From Octopus sinensis (lineage: Eukaryota): 64,000 nucleotides of DNA. Shown here piece by piece: positions 52,677 through 64,000 of the stretch (positions are counted from its first letter, which is position 1; each line of letters begins with the position of its first letter). A program made the position numbers and the translations under genes. The notes below the pieces were generated by a model. The model saw only the letters and a program-made list of their open reading frames with translations, was not told the origin of the DNA and did not search any database. The stretch spans positions 3,162,001-3,226,000 of the forward strand of contig NC_043007.1 of the NCBI RefSeq assembly GCF_006345805.1. Reading direction: 5' to 3'.

Positions 52677-52937
52677 TACGCAACTGGTGCTTAATTTATC
52701 TACTCTGAAAGGATGAAAGACAAAGTCGATCTCGGTGGAATTTGAACTCAGAACGTAAAGACAGAAGAAATACCTATTTCTTTACTACCCACAAGGGGCT
52801 ATACACACTTAATTTATCGACCCCGAAAGGATGAAAGTCAAAGTCGACCTCGGCGGAATTTGAACTCAGAACGTAAAGACAGATGAAATACCGCTAAGCA
52901 TTTCGCCCGGCATGCTAAGGTTTATGCTAGCTCACCG
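52677..52937 (-). mobile_element. SINE family A dimer, inverted relative to the adjacent copy
   Basis: Contains the same tail-to-internal junction (GTAAAGAAATAGGTATTTC, minus strand 52767-52786) as the 22.4-22.9 kb trimer. Confidence 0.85.
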
Positions 52938-53241
52938 CTTTATTTATAGGGGAGGTTTAAAGCAACCGACAGATTATGTGACGATGGATCTCCGTCGCAC
53001 AGCGATGAAGATTCAGTCCTTAGGTAATATGAGTAACCTGCTCCTGAATGAACGTGTAAGTGGTTGTATATTCCATAGATACGTCTAACCTTAACAGAAT
53101 TTTCTGGTACAAACAGCGTGACAGTGTATGAAAAGTCTAACATTTTAGTTGCTGACCAAATACTTGTGAGTGGACTTGCTAGACGAAACTGAAAGAAGCC
53201 CATCGAATATATATAATATATATGTTTATATGTATATATAT

Positions 53242-53312
<71 letters not shown>

Positions 53313-53328
53313 TGTCTGTCTGTCTGTT

Positions 53329-53360
<32 letters not shown>

Positions 53361-53361
53361 A

Positions 53362-53431
<70 letters not shown>

Positions 53432-53524
53432 CTATATACATCTATGTATTTATGTGTCTATATACTTAGAAGACCCTTGAAAAAGGTAGTACGCAGTAGG
53501 ACTAAACCCGGAACCATGTGGTTG

Positions 53525-54115
53525 ATTCGACGGTCATTCGGAATGCTCACAGCAGCCATATTCCTGCCACTCTATGTCACGCTGGTGAGATCCATTTTGG
53601 AGTACGGGATTCAAGCCTCTTCTCCTTATCTCCTCAAAGACATACATCATCTCGAAAGAGTCCAGAAGCTGGCTACCCGCATGGTTCTTGGTCTTAAGAA
53701 TTTGTCTTATGAAGAAAGGCTGAAGACACTCGACCTTTATTCTCTAGAAAAACGACGACGCCGTGGAGATCTCATTCTTGCTCACATCATAAGCGGAAAG
53801 TGTAACCTCTCGAAAGAGCTGTTCTTCACTCCTGCTCCAGAGCGTCGGCTATGGGGTCATTCCGAAAAGCTCTATCTGCGACGATTTCATCTCAATCGAA
53901 GGAGAGAGGCTTTCTCTATCCGGGTTGCGGATCCGTGGAATAAGCTGCCGGACGAGATGGTGAAGATGCCGACGACCGCTCGGTTCAAAGTCTCCCTTGA
54001 CCTCAAGTGGCCTGAACTCTTTACATGAACACCACCCTGTACATAACTCCATGTCCCCCTACATGGCCTTGCTTTTTGTTTTTTGAGCCAAAAAGTTAAC
54101 TAACTAACTAACTAA
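53525..54115 (+). mobile_element. CR1-clade LINE, 5'-truncated, with an open C-terminal ORF, 3' UTR and (CTAA)n tail
   Basis: [69 protein letters not shown] is the CR1 C-terminal signature. Inserted in a family B SINE head. Confidence 0.9.
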
Positions 54116-54443
54116 AGCAAGCATCTTATCATTCGATAACCTATACTCATTAGAAAAAAAGCGTCGGAAAGAATATGTCCGTAAATAAGTGTTCGTATAC
54201 ATTGTTATGCGTGGTGGCAAGTATTTAACACACAGATTCATGCACACATTCATAGGCACACATATATGTTTATAAATTAGATATACTTATATATATATAT
54301 GTATACATACATACATACATACAGACAGACAGACAGATAAATAGATATGTATGTATGTATACATAAATGTATATAAACATTTTTATTTTGTATTTATATA
54401 TATATATATGTATATGCACAAGCATGTTTATATATATATATAT

Positions 54444-54474
<31 letters not shown>

Positions 54475-54480
54475 ATATAT

Positions 54481-54526
<46 letters not shown>

Positions 54527-54979
54527 TTCGCATACGAATATACACACACACAAACATATACACAGGATGCCTGTCTTTCTATGTTTATTTGCTTTGTTCT
54601 ATATGAATGTGGCTGTGTAGCCGCAAATTTATATGCGTGGACTTGGATCAGTGTCTGATTGTGTAAGCACGATTGTCGGCAACTATTCAAATACTTTCGC
54701 TTCCACCGGGATGTAAACGCTACTTCATATGCATTTATTATTCATTAGACCACAGTAAATATTTGATTTTCTCTCCTCCTAATAATTTGACGTCCTTTTA
54801 CAAATATGTAAACCTTTTTCATAGATAATTGCATATTTACTGCGATTTCTCTTTTAATCAAACCGCAACAAATGATATTTAGGTTTCAAAAACGCAATTT
54901 AGTTATTATGAATTGGGAGAGATATTTTCAGAGACTGAAGCAGAGGTTTCTTGCAAGTCATGTTTGTTCTCAGACTTAA

Positions 54980-55245
54980 GGCGGCGAGGTGGCATAATCG
55001 GTGGCACGCCAAGCAAAAAGCTTAGCGGCATTTTATCCGCCCTTATGTCTTGTGTGCAAATTCCCTCGGGGTCGATATTGCCTTTCATCATTTCGGGGTC
55101 GATAAAATAAGTACAAGTTGAGCTGCGTTAAGAGTACACGTGTCTGTGGAGTGCTCAGCCACATGCAGGTTAATTTCATGAGCAGGCTGTTCCGCTGATC
55201 GCATCAACTGGAACCCTCGTCGTCGTAACCGACGAAATGCCACGA
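54980..55245 (+). mobile_element. SINE family A copy joined to the 3' half of a family C SINE
   Basis: Family A runs to about 55125, followed by ACACGTGTCTGTGGAGTGCTCAGCCAC..CTCGTCGTCGTAACCGAC as in 13370-13460. Confidence 0.75.
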
Positions 55246-56678
55246 TTATGTGTAGGCTGCGCGGCGGTGGATTCGCTGAATCGTTGGTGCTTCAGACTAA
55301 AATTTTAGCGGCATTTCTTTCTGCTCATTAGGTTTTGAGTTCAAAATCTGCCAAAGTCGACTTTCCCTTTCATCGACGTGTTCCTCCCTTCAAAACCGCT
55401 GACCTCACGCCAAAATTAGAAAGAATTATTTGTGTAGTTTTCATTTCCGAAGCTTCCGACACAGTTAATTTACAATGGAATAAAAAAAAAGCCTCTAGTG
55501 GACCAGTTCGCTCAACAAGTTAGAAATTTCAACCAAATCTCACTTGAATCATTCCTGTATGAGGAAGGACACATCATATGCTGTCCACCGGGAAATAAGC
55601 GAGATACAATGGTAAAGAAGACGAAAGTTTGCGATGTATGCTTCACTGAATTCTTAAGAAAAAGTGTTGTATTTCCTCAGATTCTCTGCAGAGAGTTCTG
55701 TAAAATTTAGGATGCCTCAAGTATACAAATAATCGTTGTATTCTTTTAAAAAAGGAATAAATAACTAAGAGAATGCTAAAGTGATTCAACTACTTTCATA
55801 AATGGATTTTTCTTTCGTTTTCTTGTTATTTTTTCTTGTATTCGTATGAAACGGTTGAACTAAGAGTTGTTTATTTGTGTTACAATAATGAATAGCAATA
55901 TAAAAATTAGGCCGGATATATAAACTCCAATTAAATACACGCCGGACAAAATGCTTTGCAATGATTCGTCCGTCTGTTCGTTCTGAGTACAAATCGAAAA
56001 TTCACCTTTGCCTTTCATCCGTTCGGGAACTATAAAATAAAGATCAGTTGAGCTCTGGGGTCGATGTAATCGACTTATCCTCTCACTGGAATTTTCTGGC
56101 CTTGCGCCAAAATTTGGAATCATTATTAAACACATCGATCTTGAATATTACACGTATATATGAATCAGTTACAAGCTACAGAAACGAAACATGCCAAACA
56201 TGGTTAGCATAAGTTTATTTAGTGAGTTCAGAAACCTGCATCGATTAAGCGCTGATAAGATTCTGAAGCAGTGTATTCGTTACATAAACACACATATTAT
56301 ATACTAAAATGGAGTTTATTGTAGAAGATATAAGTGGGAGTTAGAGCTATATTATTATGTAGGATATAATTGAAGGAAAATACATCAGCCCCAAAAGTTG
56401 TGCACATTGAAGACTCACTGTAAGTTTAGGTTTAGATAGGATTTCATAATGGTATTAATTCAGACATGCCAATCCAATGAGGTCAGCCACAGCAGAAAGT
56501 TTGGAGAAACAGTCAATACAATTATTAGAGAAATGTTACTTGACTCTGTGTGTGTGTGGTGTGTGTGTGTGCGTGTGTGTGTATGCTTGCCTATAGTACT
56601 AAGCATGAAATAAATTATTCATGATTAACCGCATAGAGCCTAATTGAGTTTAAGGAGTGAGATATGGACTTTATGAAT

Positions 56679-56722
<44 letters not shown>

Positions 56723-56896
56723 ATATATATTAGAGATGCAGCACGAAGTTTTTTCAGTGAACAGGTCGCGGTTTCAAAGCGACGGAAATATGTTGACACA
56801 AATTAAATTTCAATGCTGAAGTGAATATAACTGTTTTTGTTTTTGCGTGAGTGCTCTTAAATAGCTTATAAACATCTTCCATCCTGCAATTGTTTG

Positions 56897-56953
<57 letters not shown>

Positions 56954-57169
56954 GTATGTGTGTTTGTATGTATATACACGACGGGTTTCTTCCACTTTCC
57001 GTCTACAAAATCCACTCACAAAGCTTTGGTTGGCCTGAGGCTATAGTAGAAGACTCTTGCCTAGAGTACCACGCAGGGGAACTGAACGCAGAACCATGTG
57101 GTTGGTAAGCAAGCCAATCCTGCGCTTACACACAGGCGCGCGCACACACACACACACACACACACAGTT

Positions 57170-57278
<109 letters not shown>

Positions 57279-57436
57279 TAGATTTGGGCACGGAATTACA
57301 CTCATATGTATATATATGTTTTTATATGGTATATGTATAATGGTTCATATATACACTTTGTGTCAGCTGTGATGAGGTGTATTTTTATTATTGACCTTCA
57401 AAATTGTCGCTTTCTAATAAAACTTTATATATATAT

Positions 57437-57813
57437 TTTCGTTCTAGTCATTTCATTGCGGCCATGCTGGAGCACCGCCTTTAATCGCACAAAATCTACT
57501 CCAGGATTTATTCTATCGTCTCCTTTACCGAACCGGTGAGCTATGGGTACGTAAACACACCAACATCGTTCGTCATACGATGGTGGGGGGACAAACACGC
57601 ACGCAAACATACACACACAAACACACACACACATACACACACAAACGCACACACATATGACGGGCTTCTTTCAGATTCCATCTACCAAATCCATTCACAA
57701 GGATTTGGTCCGCCCAAGTCTGTAGTAGAAGACACTTGACCAAGATCCCACGCAGTGGGACTGAACCCGGTGCCATGTGGTTGGTAAGCAAGCTACTTAC
57801 CACACTGCCTACA

Positions 57814-57815
<2 letters not shown>
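57437..57815 (-). mobile_element. SINE family B, near full length
   Basis: Homologous to 16112-16531, with a central (CA)n. Confidence 0.85.
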
Positions 57816-57850
<35 letters not shown>

Positions 57851-58156
57851 AAAATGGTAAATAATTTTCCTGTGGTTTTTCATGTAACCAACAATTATTT
57901 ACCGGTAAATTTCGGTATGTAAATACGACAAAATAATTGTCAAGACCTTTGTAAGGTTCAGTATATAGTAAAGAAAAATAAGTTGGCTAGCAGCAAGCTG
58001 TTTCGCCTCATACCGAAGGAATTAGAAATGGCAGTCAAAGACCGTAGAAACACCGTGTTCGCTATTAACGGTAAGTGACTGAATTCGTATATTTGCCACT
58101 CCGGTTTTGTGTATGTGAGCCGCAAGGGCCTTCGTTTTTGGAATCTCCACTTATAG

Positions 58157-58194
<38 letters not shown>

Positions 58195-59216
58195 CGGGAA
58201 GGTTTACGAAAATAAACAAAAGACGAAGGCAGGTGGAGTACAAACAAACAATGTATTAGTATGGCGCTCAGGAATAGAAATAGAACCAAACAGATGTGTC
58301 ACAGTAGACACAACAAATGTTCCAACTTCCAAATTTTAGTTGTGACTTTCTCATTGTTTGGAAAGAAACACATTTGTCAACATGTGATAAAACATCGTAT
58401 GTGTTTGTGTGTGTGCGTGCACTCGCGCGTATTCAGGGATTCTTTCTGTTCTAAATCTAATATTTAAATTCCATTCGATAAGATTTCACTAGGCACCTAA
58501 TCAACAGAGTCAACTTCTGAAGAATACATCTGTAGATAAAGAGAATACATTTTTTTTCTAAAACGTGATATGATTGCAAAGTTGAAATCACCATCCAATT
58601 AGATTGATTAATTGGACGTATACCACGATATACCAAAAACGGTAGGGCAGCGTTCTTTCTCACTCCATTTCACATTTTGGCACACAGCCAGAATATTTTT
58701 CACAAAACAATATTTGTAATTCTGTAGCGTAATTAATTATTTAGATATACGAAAAATACGAAAATCATGAAACTAAATGTGCTTCCAGCTACCGTTTCTA
58801 AGAAATATTGTAACTTATTTTTTTTGGCTCAAATGCTGTCTTTGCATTGTATGGATATAGCAGAGATAAATAGATAAACAAATGCAAACCGATTCGAACT
58901 CAAAGTAGAGAAGACTGCAAATAAATACAGTAGAACACACGAACTTTTTTTAGAAGTTCCTACGCAGTGAAAAGAAGAGTATCTTGTGTTCTGGGATTCT
59001 CTGTTCCCTTGGAAGAAATTAAATTATTCAACTTGAAAAGTTTTTTATCTCTGAAACTCAACATAACATCAGATTTCACTTCTCCGAAACTAATCGAAAC
59101 TCATAAAAATTTACAGAATAATATTTGCCGGCAGAGACCAAAACCAGTTTCCTAGAATATGTTTATAGTTTTCACTTGTTTTTGCTTTGTATTGCTGTTG
59201 TTTATTATTATTATTA

Positions 59217-59262
<46 letters not shown>

Positions 59263-60482
59263 GTTGTTGTTGTTGTTACTTTTTTTTTGCACAATTAAAT
59301 GCTCTGTTGCTTCTGTCGTAGAAGCAAACAGCTACAACCCTACGTATTGCTCCTCAGAAAATATCAACGAAAGAAAGAAAAATGATTCAGTTAAAAAAAC
59401 GAAGATATATTGTCAATAAAATATCTTTCAAACGGAGATGAGATAAGCAAGAGCCACCATTCTCACACACAATAATAGACAGCAAAATTCTTTACTGCTC
59501 TTAAAAACTGTTATATTAATAATAAATATAATATTTCAAATCCAAAGTGAATAAATCATATTTGTTTTAAAATAGATGTATATTGATTCATTTATTTTTA
59601 TTTTTATTCTTTTTTTTAGAAATAAGCATAAAACTAATAACAATAGACTTACAATTTTATGAGAAAATGAAAGATTTGCTGGGAGAGAAATGGTATTGTA
59701 CAGTTCACTTCAAAACTTTTTTATAGCTTACTAAACATTGAATATAATTTCAGTTTCCCAAGAGCGATCTCTCATCTGCCCAAGCAAATTGTGTAAATAT
59801 ATAACTAGTTATAAAAGTGTATCTTGCAAGCTAGATAAACAATGTTTAATTTCCTACTGCAGTAACTCGGTAAATGCCTGTCTGGAGCATTCGGCCAGAA
59901 TGATAATTATGTGGATATCTAGCCTTCTATCTATCTATCTATCTATGTCTGTCTTTCTTTCTTTCTTTCTATCTATCTATCTATCTATCTATTTATATCT
60001 GACTGTCTTTCTGCTGTCTCTCCGTCTATCTATCAATCTATCAATCTATGTATCTAACTGTCTGTCTGTCTATCTATCTATTTATCTATATCTATATATA
60101 TATATATCAATCTATCTATCTCTATGTCTATCTATGTGTCTGTCTGCTGTCTATCTGTCTGTCTATCTATATTTTAATGTGCCTAATTATTCGTTTGTAT
60201 AATGTGTGAATATATGCATCTATGTTCATTATGCTAACACACTCCTGCTCTGGCATGCATGCCCTCGCACATACATGCACACATACACACACATACGTGT
60301 CTGTGTGTGTGCGTGCATGCGTACGTATGTGCATACGTGTGCGCGCATTAAATATTGTGATGTGGTGATAAAAGTGCAAAGAAATATTAAACCCGCGAGC
60401 AAAACTATTACAGTACTTTAAAGAGAGGACAAACAACGAAAAAATGTTGGTGGGTGTGAATTCATACTCACACACACAGACA

Positions 60483-60552
<70 letters not shown>

Positions 60553-60555
60553 ACG

Positions 60556-60591
<36 letters not shown>

Positions 60592-60860
60592 TATATATAG
60601 CTGAAAAACAAAAGACAGAAAAACAAAACACGAAGACGGCCGCGTAAACAAAAAGCAGGTGTAGTAGTTTGACGCCCGGGAGGGTGAAAAAGTCTTGACA
60701 AAAAGGTGCCAGTCAGAATTTTGGATAATCCTGATTTTGCCTTCGTTTGATCTCATCGGGTGTTTTTGGGGCCATTTAATAAGAGTTTTAATTGTTATTT
60801 CAAGCAGGTAGACAAACCTAGTATGTCCTTTGATTAATTTTATATATATATTATATATAT

Positions 60861-60898
<38 letters not shown>

Positions 60899-61799
60899 GT
60901 ATATATGTATACAAAATCCACTCACAAGGCTTTGGTCGGCCTGAGAGTATAGTAGAAGACAGTTGCCTAAGGTACCACGCAGTGGGACCATATATTTGGG
61001 AAGCAAGCTACTTACCACACAACCACTCGCCGCTCAAGCACACACACAATATATATATATACGTGCATACACAACCACAAACATACATACGTACTACATA
61101 CATACACACATACATACATAACATACATAAAATACCATACATAACAACACATACATACATACATACATAAGATCACAATACATATACATACATACATACA
61201 TACATACATACATAATACACATACACACATACATACATACACACACACATACATACATACATTACACACATAACATACATACATACATACATACATACAT
61301 ACATACATACATACATACATACATACATACATGCATGCATGCATGCATGCATGCATATTGAATATGGTGTAAAATTAAGTCCCTTTTCGTTTATTAACTT
61401 TCATTAAACGAAATTTACAGTAGTTAAAATAAATTTCTTAGTATTGTCCGAAACATGATCTGTTATGATCAACTAAGTAGTTAACATATTCCAAACGCTC
61501 CCCTTCGTGTCCAGAACCGAGCTGAAATCTACCAGCAACACTTCTACAAACTATTTCACTCACTTGTACGTTAATTTCAGGAAATTTATCAATTCAGGAC
61601 CTGGTTTCGGTTTGAGTCTATGGAGAGCATCTTTTAGTGCACCTGAGAAGAAAATCAGGTGGGGATAAATCTGGGGATCGTGAGGGCCATCGATGTCATA
61701 CATTAATATACATACATATATCTATATGCATATATGCACGTTATGCAAACACACGCACACACTGGCATGCATGCAGTCGTACACATGCACACTTACCTA

Positions 61800-61836
<37 letters not shown>

Positions 61837-62067
61837 AGTGTATAAGGATAATGATGGTGATGACAATGATGATGCATATAGCTGTATGTGTATACATACC
61901 TGTGTGTGTGTGTGTGCATGTGTGATGATTTTATATATAATATACACACATAGACACGTGTTTATAAACTTAATTATCGTTACACATACATATATATATA
62001 TATATGTTTATAAATCTTCATATCCACGTGTCAGTGTTATCCTCTCAAAGAGTGTCCGTGTCTATGT

Positions 62068-62542
62068 CATCATCATCATCATCATCATCATCATTTAGCG
62101 TCCGCTTTCCATGCTAGCATGGGTTGGACGGTTCAACTGGGGTCCGGGAAGCCAGAAGGCTGCATCAGGCCAAGTCTGATCTGGCAGTGTTTCTACGGCT
62201 GGATGCCCTTCTATAACGCCAACCACTCCGTGAGTGTAGTGGGTGCTTTTTACGTGCCACCCGCACAGGTGCCAGACGGAGCTGGCAAACGGCTACGAAC
62301 GGATGGTGATTTTACGTGCCACCGGCACAGGGGCCAGGCGAGGCTGGCAACGGACACGAACGGATGGTGCTTTTACGCGCCACCGGTACGGGGCCAGGTG
62401 AGGCTGGCAACGGACACGAGCGGATGGTGCTTTTTACGTGCCACCAGCACGAGGCCAGTCGATGGTTCTCTTACGTGCCACCGGCACTGGTAACTCAGCT
62501 GCAATTTCCATTGATCGATTTCGATTCTGATCGTCACTTGCC
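62068..62542 (-). mobile_element. RTE/RTEX-tailed non-autonomous retroelement with an internal tandem repeat of about 61 bp
   Basis: Minus-strand 3' end CCCATGCTAGCATGGAAAGCGGACGCTAAA(TGA)n and motif GGGCATCCAGCCGTAGAAAC. The unit anchor TACG(T/C)GCCACC occurs at 62251, 62313, 62374, 62435 and 62472. Confidence 0.65.
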
Positions 62543-62562
62543 TCAGAATCGAAATCGATCAA
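62511..62562. repeat. Perfect 20-bp inverted repeat (12-nt loop)
   Basis: TTGATCGATTTCGATTCTGA pairs with TCAGAATCGAAATCGATCAA; followed by (TA)n. Confidence 0.95.
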
Positions 62563-62767
62563 ATATATATATATATATAAATTCATATACACAAATATAT
62601 ATATATATATTTGTGTATATGAGTATATAAATGCATACGTATATGATGCACACATACATGCGTACTTATGTATGTATATATGTGTGTGTGTGTGAGTATG
62701 TTTGTGTGTAATGTAAATTCTCAAATCTGTAGAGGTGTGTCAATTTCAGTTTCACTCTTTTTGATAT

Positions 62768-62815
<48 letters not shown>

Positions 62816-63476
62816 AACAGATGGGTATGTAGGTAGGTAGGCAGAGAGACACATAGCTAGCTAGATGGATAGATAGAGAAAGAGGGCGGAGAGAGGGAGA
62901 AAGAGAGAGAGAGAGAGGAGAAACAGAGAGAGAGGAGAAACAGAGAGAGAGGAGAAACAGAGAGAGAGGAGAAACAGAGAGAAGAGGAAACTAATTGAGG
63001 TGTAAGGAACAAAAATCGGAGGAGCAATTATAATGTATGTATGTTAAACATATTCAAGTTTATTTTACATTACACAAAAATATTCTACGATATATACTTA
63101 TATATACACATACGCATATACAAATATGCAAATGTGTGTATAAACCCATACATACATACATACATACATACATACATACATACATACATACATACATACA
63201 TACATACATACAGGTATATAGATTCACAAATTTATGATCAGCTACAATATATTTTCTAAATTTATTTTGTAATATAAGAAAGGCATTAATAATTAATATA
63301 TACATATGTGTCTATGTGTATATATATATCCATTTATTCTTTATTCGTTTATATATATATATATATATATATCTATATATATATATATATATATATACAT
63401 AATACATAATTATATACATATACATATACATATATATTATACATATATATACATACACACACACACACACACAACA

Positions 63477-63526
<50 letters not shown>

Positions 63527-64000
63527 TATAAGAGAGAGAGAGGGAGAGAGAGAGATTACTTTCTGAAGACTTTTATGAGACAGTCAAATGACTTTCTGAT
63601 TTAGAAGACATTAAGCCTCCTGTAATTCCACTTCAATATCAGACGAATTATTAGCTGATCAAAACTGTTTTTATTAGGTTTAAATCTTTTAAAATGTAAG
63701 TGGTTATACTGTTCATTATACGATATACGACCATTAAAGCGACACGTTTTAAAGAGGTTTCGTCTACTTGTATAAAAGTTTTAGTCGCGTAATGTCGCAA
63801 TTTACGTGGTTTTAATTTCTCATGAGATTATTGAGAAAACAGAATTGGTAAATCTAAACAAACTTCTCGGCTGTATCAATGTACGTTTGGACTTGACTGT
63901 GTCGTTGCCCATTTCACTTACACTTTTGCACTTTTACATCTTCCACTCATATTTAGCGGTCATGCTGGAGCAGTGCTTTATATTTTAAGTTGAACAAATA

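Noticed and set aside
55498-55710. 70-aa ORF with a CxxC motif
   Set aside because: It lacks the His ligands and spacing of a zinc finger, starts at GTG, and has no supporting splice or homology signal.
57985-58040. GAAAC-containing segment in a pLTR-like region
   Set aside because: The CUGANGA strand is absent, so no fold can be built.
62240-62500. CRISPR-like array
   Set aside because: The sequence between motif copies is itself repeated (no unique spacers), there are no cas genes, and the context is eukaryotic.

Overview
Very AT-rich, microsatellite-saturated, non-coding eukaryotic DNA. The SINE families and repeat landscape look like coleoid cephalopod (octopus-type) genomic DNA; this is an inference, not a database match. 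I found no supportable host protein-coding gene, tRNA or rRNA gene, or CRISPR array, and nearly all ORFs in the track are translated microsatellites. The window is a transposon graveyard. It holds at least four tRNA-headed SINE families, 3' fragments of restriction-like-endonuclease LINEs (R4/Dong-like, Hero-like), CR1/jockey-group LINE fragments, Tc1/mariner remnants, a pogo-like MITE, a non-autonomous Helitron and a Helentron-type HINE. The most notable signal, which the ORF track misses, is about seven minimal type I hammerhead-ribozyme motifs from about five unrelated sequence families. Most lie in or beside perfect fold-back inverted repeats that abut (TA)n tracts. One is a head-to-head dimer of a tRNA-headed, Pol III-type element carrying a hammerhead, with a compensatory base-pair change between its two copies.
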